Source: Spirochaetales bacterium
GTDB taxonomy: Bacteria > Spirochaetota > Spirochaetia > DSM-2461
Direction: 5' to 3'
NCBI GenBank assembly: GCA_003247135.1
Contig: QKAW01000058.1
Coordinates: forward strand, 1,394 to 65,393
Length of the DNA: 64,000 bases
Of the stretch, positions 1 through 10,821 are shown in pieces. The translations under genes and the position numbers were made by a program. The notes below the pieces were generated by a model, which ran no database searches, was not told the DNA's origin, and saw nothing but the letters and a program-made list of their open reading frames with translations. Position 1 is the first letter of the stretch; every line of letters starts with the position of its first letter.

Positions 1-63
1 ATTTTTATAGTATTGTGAGCTTTCTATTGGAAGACTATGATAAAAGGATTTTATCAATTGGTT

Positions 64-591
64 TTAAAGAAACTCGAATTTCGCCCTATTTAGCATATAG
101 CCTTATCTTATTATATAAGTAAAGACCGAATGGTATCCATCGAATTGCTTATATGTACGGCTAACTCCTTTTTTATGACTTTATGAGTTATCCATTGGAG
201 AGGTCTCTATATCTACGGGAATATAATTTCTTCCTTCGATTATAATAGATGTCAATTTTGTTGACTTTAAAAGCTTAATAATTGAATCATCTACCGCTGT
301 AATTATTCTATCTTTTTCAGTAATGATTTTTTCAAGATAAAGACGTACTGTCTCTTTTGCTGGAACATACCCAAGATGTAGACTATCTTTAAAAGGTGTC
401 ATTCCGAACCAAACTAATTTCTTCAAAGGTTGTTTTTCCTTGGGAAAATAAACAAATGATAGATTTTAAAACTGCAGGATGTTTTAATTTAGAGTTGTGA
501 ACGAATCCTATACTCTCAAAAATTTTCCTACAAGAGCAATTCTTCCTGTGCTATTTATCGTATCTGTGGTAGTATCAATTACGTAATCCAG
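64..591 (-). pseudogene. Degraded IS1380-family (DDE_Tnp_1_4-like) transposase, N-terminal part
   Basis: Manual minus-strand translation across two frameshifts (~520, ~392) and two in-frame TAA stops (181-183, 103-105): LDYVIDTTTDTINSTGRIALVGK/IFESIGF...LKSIICLFSQGKTTFEEISLVRND/PFKDSLHLGYVPAKETVRLYLE...YIPVDIETSPMDNS*SHKKGVSRTYKQFDGYHSVFTYIIR*GYMLN. This matches the recalled IS1380 pattern (GKTDFE, PS.ETLR, D.D.SPFDNS...GVSRTYK..DGY). GGAGG RBS lies just upstream of the CTG at 591. Confidence 0.8.
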
Positions 592-683
592 GCTGCACCT
601 CCTGAGTGTAGACTTATTTGTGGTTAAATCATTATACACGAGTAGGTTAGCTTGGGTTGCATTATTTTTTATACGGAACTAGG
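64..683 (-). mobile_element. IS1380-family remnant with putative left end CCTAGTTCCGTATAA (minus strand, from 683)
   Basis: Transposase pseudogene plus a CCTAG-starting terminus resembling IS1380/ISEcp1-type inverted repeats; right end not identified. Confidence 0.55.
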
Positions 684-784
684 TCTTATATAAACGACTT
701 CAACTTTATTCTAATTAATAAAAACAAAAAAACATGATAATTATGAATTAAATTGGATTAAAGAAATTATAAGAGTAAATATTA

Positions 785-813
785 TTGATATCATAGTTAT
801 ATCTTGCTATAAT
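785..813 (+). promoter_or_regulatory. Sigma70-type promoter for the glycan operon
   Basis: TTGATA-N17-TATAAT with extended -10 TGn (tgcTATAAT), 56 bp upstream of wzx. Confidence 0.6.
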
Positions 814-869
814 TTTTATATTACTGAGTTGTTATTGAAGAAAAGATTTATATAACTAAGGTTGATTAA

Positions 870-2135
870 GTGATATTAAACAAATTTGGGTCTTTAAAAA
901 AAAGTGAATTATTTAAAAACATTTCTGTATTGTTATCAGGGACGATACTTGCTCAAATTTTGGGGGTAGTTTTAACTCCAATTCTGACTCGCTTATATTC
1001 ACCCGCTGATTTTGGAATTTATCAGATGTTTTTAACTACTACTAGTGTTGTAGCAGCTTTGTTTGCTTTGAGGTATGAAGTCGCAATAGTACTACCAAAC
1101 GAAAATTCAGAGTTTGGGCAATTACTTGGTTTGATAACAAAAGTTTTTTCGATAAATGCTATAGTTTTATTGATAGTTTTATATTTTTTCCCATATATCT
1201 TATCAAGTTCGGGGTTTTCAAAACTTGTTGAGTTTCGTCCAATTGTATATATTACAGTGCTTTTATTAAGTTTACAGCTCATTTTATCACAGATTTTTAC
1301 TAGAAAAAAAATGTTTTTATTTGCAGCACAGTCTAAAATATTGTTTATAATCGTCAGATTCATAATCTCATTGATCTTTTTTGTTGTATTAAAAAATGTT
1401 TGGGGGTTATTAATTGGTTTTGCCACAGGGCATTTAATTGTAAATACATTCAATGTATATAGATTATTTAAAAATGATGCGATTAATATTGACTTTAATA
1501 ATAGTTTTTTTGTGTTAAAAAAATATTCTGATTTTCCATTAAATAATTCTTTAGCAACAATTTTAAATATAATAATTGTTCAGATTCCTGTCATATTTCT
1601 CGCTAAGTATTTTTCTGAAGAATTATTAGGGCAGTTTAGTTTGGCATTTAGGATGATGATGTTACCTGTATCGATGATTAATGCTTCGGTTTCAAATGTT
1701 TTTTTAAAGAAAATCACTGAATTAAAGAATTCTGGTTGTGATGTGTTCAAGTTTCTTATGAAGAGTATGGTGTTTTTATCGTGTGGATTGCCAATGTTTC
1801 TGTTTGTTTTCTTTAAAGGTAATTGGTTGTTTGGTGTTATTTTTGGGCAAAACTGGAGCATGGCGGGAAGAATTTCTAGTATTTTGACTCCTTATCTTTA
1901 TTTAAGTTTTATAACCTCGCCATTGTCTGTTGTATTTATTATATTCAAAAGAAACAGAGTATTTTCTATGATTAATATTTTCTTTTTGGTGAGTTTGATA
2001 ATTCTATTTAAATTTTACAATATAGAAGATTTCTGGGTATTAATGAAATTTTATTCAGTGTTGAATGTATTGTATTATTTAGTTGTTTTGTTTTCGATAT
2101 TTATTATTGCGAGAAAATCAAATGAAAAAAATTAA
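870..2135 (+). CDS. wzx: Wzx-type oligosaccharide flippase (MOP superfamily)
   Basis: Highly hydrophobic 421 aa; N-terminal LLSGTILAQ...PILTRLYSPADFG and LRYEVAIVLP motifs. Confidence 0.88.
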   Translation: MILNKFGSLKKSELFKNISVLLSGTILAQILGVVLTPILTRLYSPADFGIYQMFLTTTSVVAALFALRYEVAIVLPNENSEFGQLLGLITKVFSINAIVLLIVLYFFPYILSSSGFSKLVEFRPIVYITVLLLSLQLILSQIFTRKKMFLFAAQSKILFIIVRFIISLIFFVVLKNVWGLLIGFATGHLIVNTFNVYRLFKNDAINIDFNNSFFVLKKYSDFPLNNSLATILNIIIVQIPVIFLAKYFSEELLGQFSLAFRMMMLPVSMINASVSNVFLKKITELKNSGCDVFKFLMKSMVFLSCGLPMFLFVFFKGNWLFGVIFGQNWSMAGRISSILTPYLYLSFITSPLSVVFIIFKRNRVFSMINIFFLVSLIILFKFYNIEDFWVLMKFYSVLNVLYYLVVLFSIFIIARKSNEKN

Positions 2136-2619
2136 ATCTAAAATTGGATATGTAAGAAGTATTGGTTTATCAGTTTATTTATTGAATTTTTTATTCAAAA
2201 ATATATTTCGTATTGATAGTGATTGTCCATATAATAAAAACTTCACTTCTAGAGTAATCTGTGGTAATAGAATAAGTATAGAAGATGATTCAATAACTGT
2301 TTTGAAAAGTATAGCTGTTAGTGGGGGATGTTATATTCAGGCTTCAGAGGGAATCAAGATTGGTAAAGGAACTATTTGGTCCTTTAATGTTTCAATTGTA
2401 AGTCTTGATCATGATATCAATGAATTTAGTAAAAAAATAGATAAAGGGCCGATAAAAATTGGGAAATCATGTTGGTTAGGAGCAGGCTCGGTTATACTTC
2501 CTGGAGTAGTATTGGGTGATAATACCATAGTTGGGGCTAATGCTGTTGTTACTAAATCATTTGAAAATGGAAATGTTGTTATTGCAGGTGTGCCAGCAAA
2601 AGTGATAAGGAGATTGTAA
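2122..2619 (+). CDS. Hexapeptide-repeat (LbH) O-acyltransferase
   Basis: IKIGKSCWLGAGSVILPGVVLGDNTIVGANAVVTKS...AGVPAKVI; ATG at 2122 preferred. Confidence 0.88.
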   Translation: MKKIKSKIGYVRSIGLSVYLLNFLFKNIFRIDSDCPYNKNFTSRVICGNRISIEDDSITVLKSIAVSGGCYIQASEGIKIGKGTIWSFNVSIVSLDHDINEFSKKIDKGPIKIGKSCWLGAGSVILPGVVLGDNTIVGANAVVTKSFENGNVVIAGVPAKVIRRL

Positions 2620-4418
2620 TGTGTGGAATTTCAGGAGTTTATAAACTTAATGTTAATAGGGACTTTGCAAATGATATAAAAAAGATGAATGCACTTGTCC
2701 AACATAGAGGACCTGATAATGTTGATGATTGGCATAATGATTTTGCATCTTTAGGGCATACCAGATTGTCAATAATTGATACCGATGTGCATGCTAATCA
2801 ACCATTTGTTCTTAATAAAAGATATACGGTTGTTTTTAATGGTGAAATTTATAATTATATAGAAATTAAAGCAGAACTTATAGAGTTGGGATACTCGTTT
2901 CGGACATCATCTGATACAGAAGTCTTGATAACAGCTTATAGCTGTTGGGGATCGGAATGTCTTAAAAAGCTTAATGGTATGTTTGCTTTTTGTATCGCTG
3001 ACAGCGTGGAAGAGGAATTTTTTTTTGCAAGAGATAGAATTGGGATAAAACCGCTGTATTATACTTTAAATGATGATGGTTTTTATATTTTCTCTGAACC
3101 GAAGCAAGTAGTTTTATCAGATATATTTAAAGCTATTCCTAATGATAGTGCTATTTTAGAATACTTAGCATATCAATTTCCACTTGGCTCAAAAACTTTC
3201 TTTAAAGATTTATACATTTTAGAACCAGGTCAATATGGAACTTATTCAAAAAAAAATGGATTGAATCTGAATAAATACTGGAGTTGTGAAAATCTTGCAA
3301 CACATGTTAAAATGGAAAAAAGTGAAGCTATAACGTTAGTTCAGGAACTTCTTAAAGATTCAGTAAATCTTAGATTAAGATCAGATGTTGAAATAGGTTG
3401 TTATTTAAGTGGTGGTATAGATTCTACTATTGTGTCTTCCATAGCTGCTGATTTTAAAAAAGGTATAAAAACATTTACTTTTGTATCGGACAAGAAGTCG
3501 CCGCTAGATGAATCTGAATGTGCTATGAGAACATCTCTTAAAATTGGATCAACGCATATAGAAGAATCCATGAATTTAGATTCTTTTTGGGATAAATGGT
3601 GTAAATCAATTTATTTTATGGATGAACCAAGGGTAGGTTATAGTTTGATACCACAGATGTTAATTAGTGAAAAAGTTCGCTCTCATCTTAAAGTTGTCTT
3701 GGGAGGACAGGGGGGAGATGAGCTTTTTTGGGGATATGGTTGGAATACATTATTAGCAATATCTCCATTTAAAACAGTAAAGGGTTTTAATATAAATAAA
3801 GTGTTACTTTTTAAAGGCTATATGAAAAGAGTGTCTACAGTAAAAGAATGTGTAAAAAAAATGTTTTCTTTAATTACAATTCCAAAATATAAAAATCTTT
3901 GGCTTAGAATGGGTGCTTATTCTCTTCTTAAAAGTGGCTATAAAAAGCAACTAAAATTAAACTTTCCTAATATAAAATCTGCTTATGATATTAAAAAATT
4001 TGAAATACGTAATTGGTTACATGCTCTATTACATGTGGAGGATCGATCAAGTATGTCAGCAAGTGTTGAATCTAGAGTTCCAATATTAGATCATAGAATA
4101 GTTGAGGCATCTTTTTCAATTCCTCCTTCATTTATTATGAATGGTGATGTAAATAAACAAATTCTTATTGAAGCTTTTAATGATTTTTTACCTTCTATAG
4201 GAGAAAAAAAAGGTTTTACTGTTCCTCTTAATAAGTGGCTAGAATTAGATGCAGTAAAGTTAAATATTAGTAAAATTTTAAATGATAAAAATTCTTTTAT
4301 CTATAATTTTATACCATATGATAAAAATAAGAAAATTCCAGTTAAGCAATTATGGATGATTATATCAGTAGAAATTTGGTATAAAACATTTATTAAAAAG
4401 GATTTAGAATTACAATAA
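2619..4418 (+). CDS. asnB: Asparagine synthase (glutamine-hydrolysing) family amidotransferase, probably glycan-modifying
   Basis: MCGI N-terminal nucleophile, HRGPD, GHTRLSIID, FNGEIYNY, ARDRIGIKPLYY, LSGGIDS, GQGGDELF, ESRVPILDH. Confidence 0.9.
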   Translation: MCGISGVYKLNVNRDFANDIKKMNALVQHRGPDNVDDWHNDFASLGHTRLSIIDTDVHANQPFVLNKRYTVVFNGEIYNYIEIKAELIELGYSFRTSSDTEVLITAYSCWGSECLKKLNGMFAFCIADSVEEEFFFARDRIGIKPLYYTLNDDGFYIFSEPKQVVLSDIFKAIPNDSAILEYLAYQFPLGSKTFFKDLYILEPGQYGTYSKKNGLNLNKYWSCENLATHVKMEKSEAITLVQELLKDSVNLRLRSDVEIGCYLSGGIDSTIVSSIAADFKKGIKTFTFVSDKKSPLDESECAMRTSLKIGSTHIEESMNLDSFWDKWCKSIYFMDEPRVGYSLIPQMLISEKVRSHLKVVLGGQGGDELFWGYGWNTLLAISPFKTVKGFNINKVLLFKGYMKRVSTVKECVKKMFSLITIPKYKNLWLRMGAYSLLKSGYKKQLKLNFPNIKSAYDIKKFEIRNWLHALLHVEDRSSMSASVESRVPILDHRIVEASFSIPPSFIMNGDVNKQILIEAFNDFLPSIGEKKGFTVPLNKWLELDAVKLNISKILNDKNSFIYNFIPYDKNKKIPVKQLWMIISVEIWYKTFIKKDLELQ

Positions 4419-4952
4419 ATGAAGCTTTTAAAAAAAATAATAAGTTATTTAAGATTTTGTTCTCTTATAATAAATAAAAAAATAAATTTGAAAGGGTTTG
4501 TTTATTTGCATTCACGTGTTAAAATTATAATAGAAAAAGATGCTAAGTTAAACTTAGGTAAAAATGTTGTGATAAAAAATGACACAATAATTTTTGTAAA
4601 AAAAGGGGCGACATTAATTATAGGCAATGGTTCTTCTATAGGACATCATTCGGAAATAACATGCGGTAAATCAATTTCAATTGGAGCTAATGTTATTATG
4701 GGGGCTTATATTTATATTACAGATTCTAATCATAAATTTTCGGATCCCACTGTCCTGATAAAAAATCAAGGTATTGAAACTCGAAAAGTTGCTATAGGAA
4801 ATGATGTTTGGGTAGGTCGCGGAACCAATATCCTTCCGGGATGCATTTTAGGCGATCGGATTGTTATTGCTGCTGGTGCTGTTGTAACAAAAAGATTTGC
4901 TGGCAGTAGTATTCTAGGTGGTGTTCCTGCAAAAATAATTAAGGATATTTAA
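4419..4952 (+). CDS. Hexapeptide-repeat (LbH) acyltransferase
   Basis: ITDSNH...VAIGNDVWVGRGTNILPG...AAGAVVTK...GGVPAKII. Confidence 0.88.
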   Translation: MKLLKKIISYLRFCSLIINKKINLKGFVYLHSRVKIIIEKDAKLNLGKNVVIKNDTIIFVKKGATLIIGNGSSIGHHSEITCGKSISIGANVIMGAYIYITDSNHKFSDPTVLIKNQGIETRKVAIGNDVWVGRGTNILPGCILGDRIVIAAGAVVTKRFAGSSILGGVPAKIIKDI

Positions 4953-6140
4953 ATGAAAAAAATGTTAATGGTAACAGGGTTGCCTGTATGGTCAATTGGA
5001 AAAGGTGTAGGGGCACCTTCTTTCTACAAAACAATTGAACTTTATAATAATAACGGTTGGAGTGTTGATCTATGGACTACTGAAAGGAAAATAGATATTA
5101 CTGAATTTAAAAATGTGAATGTAAGTTTTTTACCTATAGTTTTTCCAATATTTAAGCTTCCTTTTATTTATTCTCTTTTGAGAAATACTAGGTTTATAAT
5201 TAATCAAATATTGATTATTTTTAAATTCATTATTAAAAGTAAGCAATATGATTGTCTGTATGGTTATGAAGTAGAATTTATCCCAGGGCTACATTTTATT
5301 TCAAAATTATACAAAATTCCATTAGTAACAAGATTTCAAGGAACAATTTTACAGCCTTTGATGAAGAAGAAGTTGTGGAAGTTTAGATATTTACCTCATT
5401 CATGGTCATTATCTATAAATTCCACATTAACAATTATGACAGATGATGGAACTTTTGGAGATGAGATATTGAAAGTACTGAGAAAAAATCTTAGCTATAA
5501 CATTTGGTTTGTAAAAAATGGTGTAGATAATTTTAATGTTGATGTAAAAAATATAAAGCCTGAATTAATTAAATTAATTGAAAATAATGAAAAAAGAACT
5601 TTATTTTTTTCTGTATCTAGATTGCAAAGTTGGAAAAGAGTTGATAGATCACTTGAAATTTTTAAAGAAGTATTGAACAAGCAACCCAATTCATTTTATA
5701 TAATTGGTGGTGATGGTGAGAAAAAAGATGAATGGGAAAAATATTCGATTGAATTGGGTATTGCCGATAAAGTTGCTTTTGTTGGAGGAATAAATAAAGA
5801 TGAGGTGTATTTCTTGCACCAAAAAGCAAAAATATTTTTATCAACTTATGAATTGTCCAATATGGGTAACCCATTATTTGAAGCTATGAGTAATGGTTGT
5901 GTTGTTGCAACTTTATCCAATGGAACAACTTCTCAGTTAATTCAAGATTTTGTGAATGGTATTATTTCAGATGAGCAGAATTATATAGAAAATGGAGCAA
6001 AAATTTGTAAATTATTAAATAATAATTATTTATTTCATAATGTAATGGAGAGTTCGCTTAATACTATCAAATATCAATTCCAAACTTGGGATAAACGAAT
6101 GGCTGCGGAGTTGAAAATTGTTGAGGAGGTTACTTGTTAG
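4953..6140 (+). CDS. Glycosyltransferase family 4
   Basis: SVSRLQSWKRVD, IGGDGE, SNMGNPLFEAMSNG GT-B motifs. Confidence 0.85.
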   Translation: MKKMLMVTGLPVWSIGKGVGAPSFYKTIELYNNNGWSVDLWTTERKIDITEFKNVNVSFLPIVFPIFKLPFIYSLLRNTRFIINQILIIFKFIIKSKQYDCLYGYEVEFIPGLHFISKLYKIPLVTRFQGTILQPLMKKKLWKFRYLPHSWSLSINSTLTIMTDDGTFGDEILKVLRKNLSYNIWFVKNGVDNFNVDVKNIKPELIKLIENNEKRTLFFSVSRLQSWKRVDRSLEIFKEVLNKQPNSFYIIGGDGEKKDEWEKYSIELGIADKVAFVGGINKDEVYFLHQKAKIFLSTYELSNMGNPLFEAMSNGCVVATLSNGTTSQLIQDFVNGIISDEQNYIENGAKICKLLNNNYLFHNVMESSLNTIKYQFQTWDKRMAAELKIVEEVTC

Positions 6141-6141
6141 T

Positions 6142-7299
6142 ATGCATGTTCTAATAATACCTACAATGTATCCAAATACGTATAATCCTGTCAGTAATAT
6201 TTTTTTTAGAGATCAAGCTGAGGCTTTAGCAATAAAAGAGCTTAAAATAGGTGTCCTTGCTATTGTTCCTATTACGATTCAGGATATAATACGAGTAAAA
6301 AAAATTGATTTTGGATTAAAGATATTTGAAGAAAAAGGTGTGAAAACATTTTTATATCAATTTCCTGTATTACCAAAATCTTCTTATTTTAAACAGTTCT
6401 TGAGAAAAAAGATAGGTCTTTACCTTTTTAAAAAATATATAAAATATTGGGGATTACCAGACATTATACATGTCCATACATTTGTATCTGCAATTACAGC
6501 ACTTGAAATTAAAAATAAATATGATGTTCCTTATGTTATTACAGAACATTCAAGTTCTTTTTTGCGAGGTCTTCAAAGTTCTTATGATAATAAATTAGCA
6601 CTTATCTCTTTTCAGAATAGTATTGCTAATATTGCAGTAAGTAAACAATTTGTAGATTTTTTATCTAAAAGATTTAATGTGAATTTTTTATATGTTCCAA
6701 ATGTTGTTGATATCGACTATTTTAGTAAAAAGAACAACGATATTAGAAAAATATTAGATAAAGTTATTATACTAAATGTAGCAAATTTAAATCATAATAA
6801 ACAGCATAGAATATTAATTGAATCCATTAAAAAAATTATCAACACTTATATAAATGTTGAATTGAGAATAGGTGGATCAGGTCCTGAAGAGGATAATTTA
6901 AAACAATTAGTTAAATCTTTAAATTTAGAAGAACATGTAAAATTTTTAGGGAAGTTATCTCGTGAGGAAGTAAGAAATGAAATGCAAAAATGTAGCTTAT
7001 TTGCTTTGACCAGTAAAGTTGAAACATTTGGAGTAGTTCTAATTGAAGCAATGGCTTGTGGTAAACCAGTTGTTTCAACAAAGTCTGGAGGTCCAGAAAG
7101 TATCATTATTGATAAAAAATACGGAGAGCTTGTTAATGATAATGTAGAAGATCTTTCTATAGGTATAAAAAAAATTATTCAGAATTTAGATAAATATTCA
7201 TCAAATAATATAAAATATTATGTTAAACAAGAATTTTCAACTGATGCAGTGACTCAAAAATTAATTGAAATTTATAAAAAGGGATGTAGTATTGGCTAA
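6142..7299 (+). CDS. Glycosyltransferase family 4
   Basis: PDIIHVH, VITEHSS, ETFGVVLIEAMACGKPVVST; ATG at 6142 after GAGGAGG. Confidence 0.9.
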   Translation: MHVLIIPTMYPNTYNPVSNIFFRDQAEALAIKELKIGVLAIVPITIQDIIRVKKIDFGLKIFEEKGVKTFLYQFPVLPKSSYFKQFLRKKIGLYLFKKYIKYWGLPDIIHVHTFVSAITALEIKNKYDVPYVITEHSSSFLRGLQSSYDNKLALISFQNSIANIAVSKQFVDFLSKRFNVNFLYVPNVVDIDYFSKKNNDIRKILDKVIILNVANLNHNKQHRILIESIKKIINTYINVELRIGGSGPEEDNLKQLVKSLNLEEHVKFLGKLSREEVRNEMQKCSLFALTSKVETFGVVLIEAMACGKPVVSTKSGGPESIIIDKKYGELVNDNVEDLSIGIKKIIQNLDKYSSNNIKYYVKQEFSTDAVTQKLIEIYKKGCSIG

Positions 7300-8482
7300 T
7301 TTTTTTTTAGAAAATTTTATTCTTCTAACAGTATTTTCCTGTTATTTTATACCTGGCATACAATTAGGATTATTGCAAATAAGAATAGATGATTTTTTTA
7401 TTTTAGTAGTTCTTCCGCTGATATTTTTATATAAACCAAGGATATATAGAAATCCAATAATTATATCACTATTTGTGATTAGCTTTTTTATGATAATAAG
7501 CCTGATCTATGGCTATATATTTTTAGGTGTTTCCAAAAGTGTTCGTGATTTCAATGAATTAGTTAGGCTTTCTAAGCCTCTAATTTTTTCAATATTTATT
7601 AGTAGGTGCCAAGCAAAATATTTGATTCAAAAAGTAGATTTAATAATGCCATTTCTTTCATTAGGACTAATAATACTGGGCTTTATTCAATTTTTTAATA
7701 TTGCTGGTTTAGGCTCTCTTATAGGTTCGTTATATGCTCCACAGCATCATATTGAAGCAATGATTGGCCATTCTAAACGAATAGTTTTAGTTGGAAGCAA
7801 TCCTAATGTAGCTGCAGCTATAGCTATGCTATTCTTTTTATATAATTTTTTTAGAGCGTTATTATATAGAGAGAAAGTATCATACTTATATACTGTGTTA
7901 TTATTAATAATTATACTAATGACTTCATCGAGAACTGCAATTTTAGCATTGGGAACAATATTTTTTGTATTTTTATTATCATCTAAATCTGTTAAAAAAC
8001 TAAAAAAAATTTTTCTTATTACAATTTTAATTATAATTTTTTTGTCTTTATATAACAAGTTTAAATATATAGCTTATGGTTTTGAACTAGCTTTAAAAGG
8101 AGAGAATACTTCTTTAATAAAAAGATTCTATAATTGGAATGAAGCATTGAATTATTTTAGCAAAAGTCCTTACTTGGGATGGGGATTTGCTAAAGGAAAT
8201 ATGACAACAATTGTTGATGGAGAATATTTCTTATTATTAAGAAGGTTCGGTCTAATTGGTTTTCTGGTAATTATTATTACAATTTTTTTTATGCCATTTT
8301 GGGGAGACAAAATGTATAACTTAACTAAAGACTTTTTAATTTGGAGTTCTGTTTTAAAATATTATACTATTGTTGTCTTCTATGTTATGATAACGAATAC
8401 TTTTTTTTCAGGTTATCAACTTTTTATACCCTATATATTTTTTTCAATTATTATATATAACTTAAGGAGATATAATGACTAA
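7292..8482 (+). CDS. Wzy polymerase / O-antigen ligase family membrane protein
   Basis: Multi-TM; NPNVAA, MTSSRTAIL, SPYLGWGF, DGEYFLLLRRFGLIG (Wzy_C-like); probable TTG start at 7292. Confidence 0.78.
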   Translation: MANFFLENFILLTVFSCYFIPGIQLGLLQIRIDDFFILVVLPLIFLYKPRIYRNPIIISLFVISFFMIISLIYGYIFLGVSKSVRDFNELVRLSKPLIFSIFISRCQAKYLIQKVDLIMPFLSLGLIILGFIQFFNIAGLGSLIGSLYAPQHHIEAMIGHSKRIVLVGSNPNVAAAIAMLFFLYNFFRALLYREKVSYLYTVLLLIIILMTSSRTAILALGTIFFVFLLSSKSVKKLKKIFLITILIIIFLSLYNKFKYIAYGFELALKGENTSLIKRFYNWNEALNYFSKSPYLGWGFAKGNMTTIVDGEYFLLLRRFGLIGFLVIIITIFFMPFWGDKMYNLTKDFLIWSSVLKYYTIVVFYVMITNTFFSGYQLFIPYIFFSIIIYNLRRYND

Positions 8483-9590
8483 GATAACACATATTACTTC
8501 TGTGCATTCTCGTTATGATACTAGAATCTTTATGAAAGAGTGTAGCTCTTTAGCAAAATTAGATAAATATCAGATTACTTTATTAGTCGCTGATGGTAAA
8601 TCAAATGAAATAAAAAATAATGTTTCAATTGTTAGTGTGAAAAAAGAAAATAGTAGGTTTCTCAGGATTTTAATAACATCGAAATTAATTTATAAAAAAT
8701 CATTAGAACTAGATAGTGAAATTTATCATATTCACGATCCAGAATTAATTCCAATAGGTCTAAAGTTAGAAAAAAAGGGTAAAATTATTGTTTTTGATGT
8801 TCATGAAAATATTGTAGAACAAATAAAATCAAAAGAATATTTATCCCCTTTTTTAAGAAGTGTAATGTCGTCTTTGTATAAGTTCTGGGATAAGAAAGTT
8901 ATAGACAAATTTAATATTGTTTTAGCTGAAAACTCATATAATGATGTTTATGATAAGCATAAAAAAAATTGTATAACAATTCTTAATATGCCTCAAATAG
9001 AAATATTATCTAAATATATAATAGAAAAAAGAGATGTATTGTGTAATGAAATCCTTTATGTGGGCGGTGTGACAAAATTTAGAGGAATGGTAGAACTTAC
9101 ACAGGCTGTAAATATTCTAGATTCAAATAAAATGAAAGTTAAGTTAAACTTAATAGGTCCAAAATTTTCTGATTACATATTTCCTGACTTTAAAAATGGA
9201 AGCATTATCAAAGAGTATGGTTTTCTACCATTAAGCGAGGCATATAAAATATCATTAAAATGCAAAATAGGTGTTTCAATCTTACATCCAATTTCAAATT
9301 ATATGAAATCTTATAGTACAAAGATATTTGAATATATGTCTATTGGCTTACCCGTAGTTACTTCTAATTTTGAATTATATAAAAGAATAATTGATACGTA
9401 TAAATGTGGAATCTGTGTTGATCCTTTAAATCCACAAGAGATAGCTGATGCTATAAATTATATTATTTCTAATCCTTGTGAGGCTGAAAAAATGGGGAGA
9501 AATGGTATTGAAGCTGTAAAAGAAATGTATAATTGGCAAATTGAAGAAAAGAAGCTTTTTAAACTATATCAGGATCTATCGAATGAGTAA
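8475..9590 (+). CDS. Glycosyltransferase family 4
   Basis: HITSVHSRYDTRIF, YHIHDPEL, FDVHE, KIFEYMSIGLPVVTSNF. Confidence 0.9.
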   Translation: MTKITHITSVHSRYDTRIFMKECSSLAKLDKYQITLLVADGKSNEIKNNVSIVSVKKENSRFLRILITSKLIYKKSLELDSEIYHIHDPELIPIGLKLEKKGKIIVFDVHENIVEQIKSKEYLSPFLRSVMSSLYKFWDKKVIDKFNIVLAENSYNDVYDKHKKNCITILNMPQIEILSKYIIEKRDVLCNEILYVGGVTKFRGMVELTQAVNILDSNKMKVKLNLIGPKFSDYIFPDFKNGSIIKEYGFLPLSEAYKISLKCKIGVSILHPISNYMKSYSTKIFEYMSIGLPVVTSNFELYKRIIDTYKCGICVDPLNPQEIADAINYIISNPCEAEKMGRNGIEAVKEMYNWQIEEKKLFKLYQDLSNE

Positions 9591-10812
9591 GATTGTATGG
9601 ATTGTAAATAATACTGCAGGGTCTGTAATAAATGGAATGGTATATAGGAATTATTATATTGCAAAAAATTTAAATGAACAGGGGTATGATGTAAAAATTA
9701 TATCTTCTACTTTTAATCATCAATTTATAACTCTTCCAAATGATACTAATAAATTAAACTATGAAATTATAAATGGCGTTGATTATTGTTGGGTTAAAGC
9801 AAGAAAATACCAAGGAAATGGATTCGGACGAATTTTATCTTTCTGGGATTATACAATTAACTTGTTGTTAAATAAAAATAAAATAAAATTTTCTAAACCA
9901 GACATTATCATAGCATCATCACCTATGCCTTTTTTAGGTGTTTTAGGATATTTTCTATCAAAACATTTTAATTCAAAATTTGTTTTTGAAGTTAGAGATA
10001 TATGGCCTTTAACTCCAATTGAAATGGGTAAAATGTCACGATTACATCCATTTATAATATTTTTGTCATTAGCTGAAAAATTTTCCTATAAAAAAGCTGA
10101 TTTAGTTGTCTCAGTTTTGTCTCATGCAAAACCTCATATGGTGTCAAAAGGAATGAAGCCTGAAAAATTTATATATATATCCAATGGTATTGACATTAAA
10201 TCAATAGAGACAGATAAGATTGAATTAGACTCTTCTATAACTTCACTAATTAAAAAATATAGTTTTCTCGTTGGTTTTGCTGGAGCACATGGAAATGCAA
10301 ATGCACTAAATTATTTGATTGAGGCTGCACAATATATAACTCAATATGATATTGGGATTGTTCTTGTTGGGAATGGACCTGAAAAAAATAAGCTTATCAA
10401 AATGGCTAAATCACTAGACCTTAAAAATGTCGTTTTCATTGAGCCTATTAAAAAAAATCAGATAGATTCTTTTTTGGAATTATTAGATGTCTGCTTTATA
10501 GGATTAAAGAATGAATCTGTTTTTAGGTATGGTGTAGCACCTTCAAAATTGTTTGATTATATGTATGCTGGTAAGCCAATTATTTCTGCAATCAATGCAG
10601 GGAATGATATTGTTAAGGATTCTAATTGTGGATTATCAGTATCTCCGGAAAATTCTAAAGAAATTGCAAAAAGTATTTTAAAATTATATAATCTTGATAA
10701 ATATGATAGAGATATTCTAGGTAGTAATGGGAAAAAATATGTTATAGAAAATTTTTCTTATGAAAAACTTTCTAGAAAATATAAATCGTACTTAGATTTA
10801 TTGTTAGGATAG
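9583..10812 (+). CDS. Glycosyltransferase family 4 (WbuB-like)
   Basis: FVFEVRDIWP, GAHGNANAL, PSKLFDYMYAGKPII; ATG at 9583. Confidence 0.88.
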   Translation: MSKIVWIVNNTAGSVINGMVYRNYYIAKNLNEQGYDVKIISSTFNHQFITLPNDTNKLNYEIINGVDYCWVKARKYQGNGFGRILSFWDYTINLLLNKNKIKFSKPDIIIASSPMPFLGVLGYFLSKHFNSKFVFEVRDIWPLTPIEMGKMSRLHPFIIFLSLAEKFSYKKADLVVSVLSHAKPHMVSKGMKPEKFIYISNGIDIKSIETDKIELDSSITSLIKKYSFLVGFAGAHGNANALNYLIEAAQYITQYDIGIVLVGNGPEKNKLIKMAKSLDLKNVVFIEPIKKNQIDSFLELLDVCFIGLKNESVFRYGVAPSKLFDYMYAGKPIISAINAGNDIVKDSNCGLSVSPENSKEIAKSILKLYNLDKYDRDILGSNGKKYVIENFSYEKLSRKYKSYLDLLLG

Positions 10813-10821
10813 AGGTGTAAA

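Noticed and set aside
3018-7308. T9/A9 homopolymers in asnB (3018-3026, 3248-3256) and at the wzy 5' end (7300-7308) as phase-variation tracts
   Set aside because: Runs of this length are expected in such AT-rich DNA and all frames are intact
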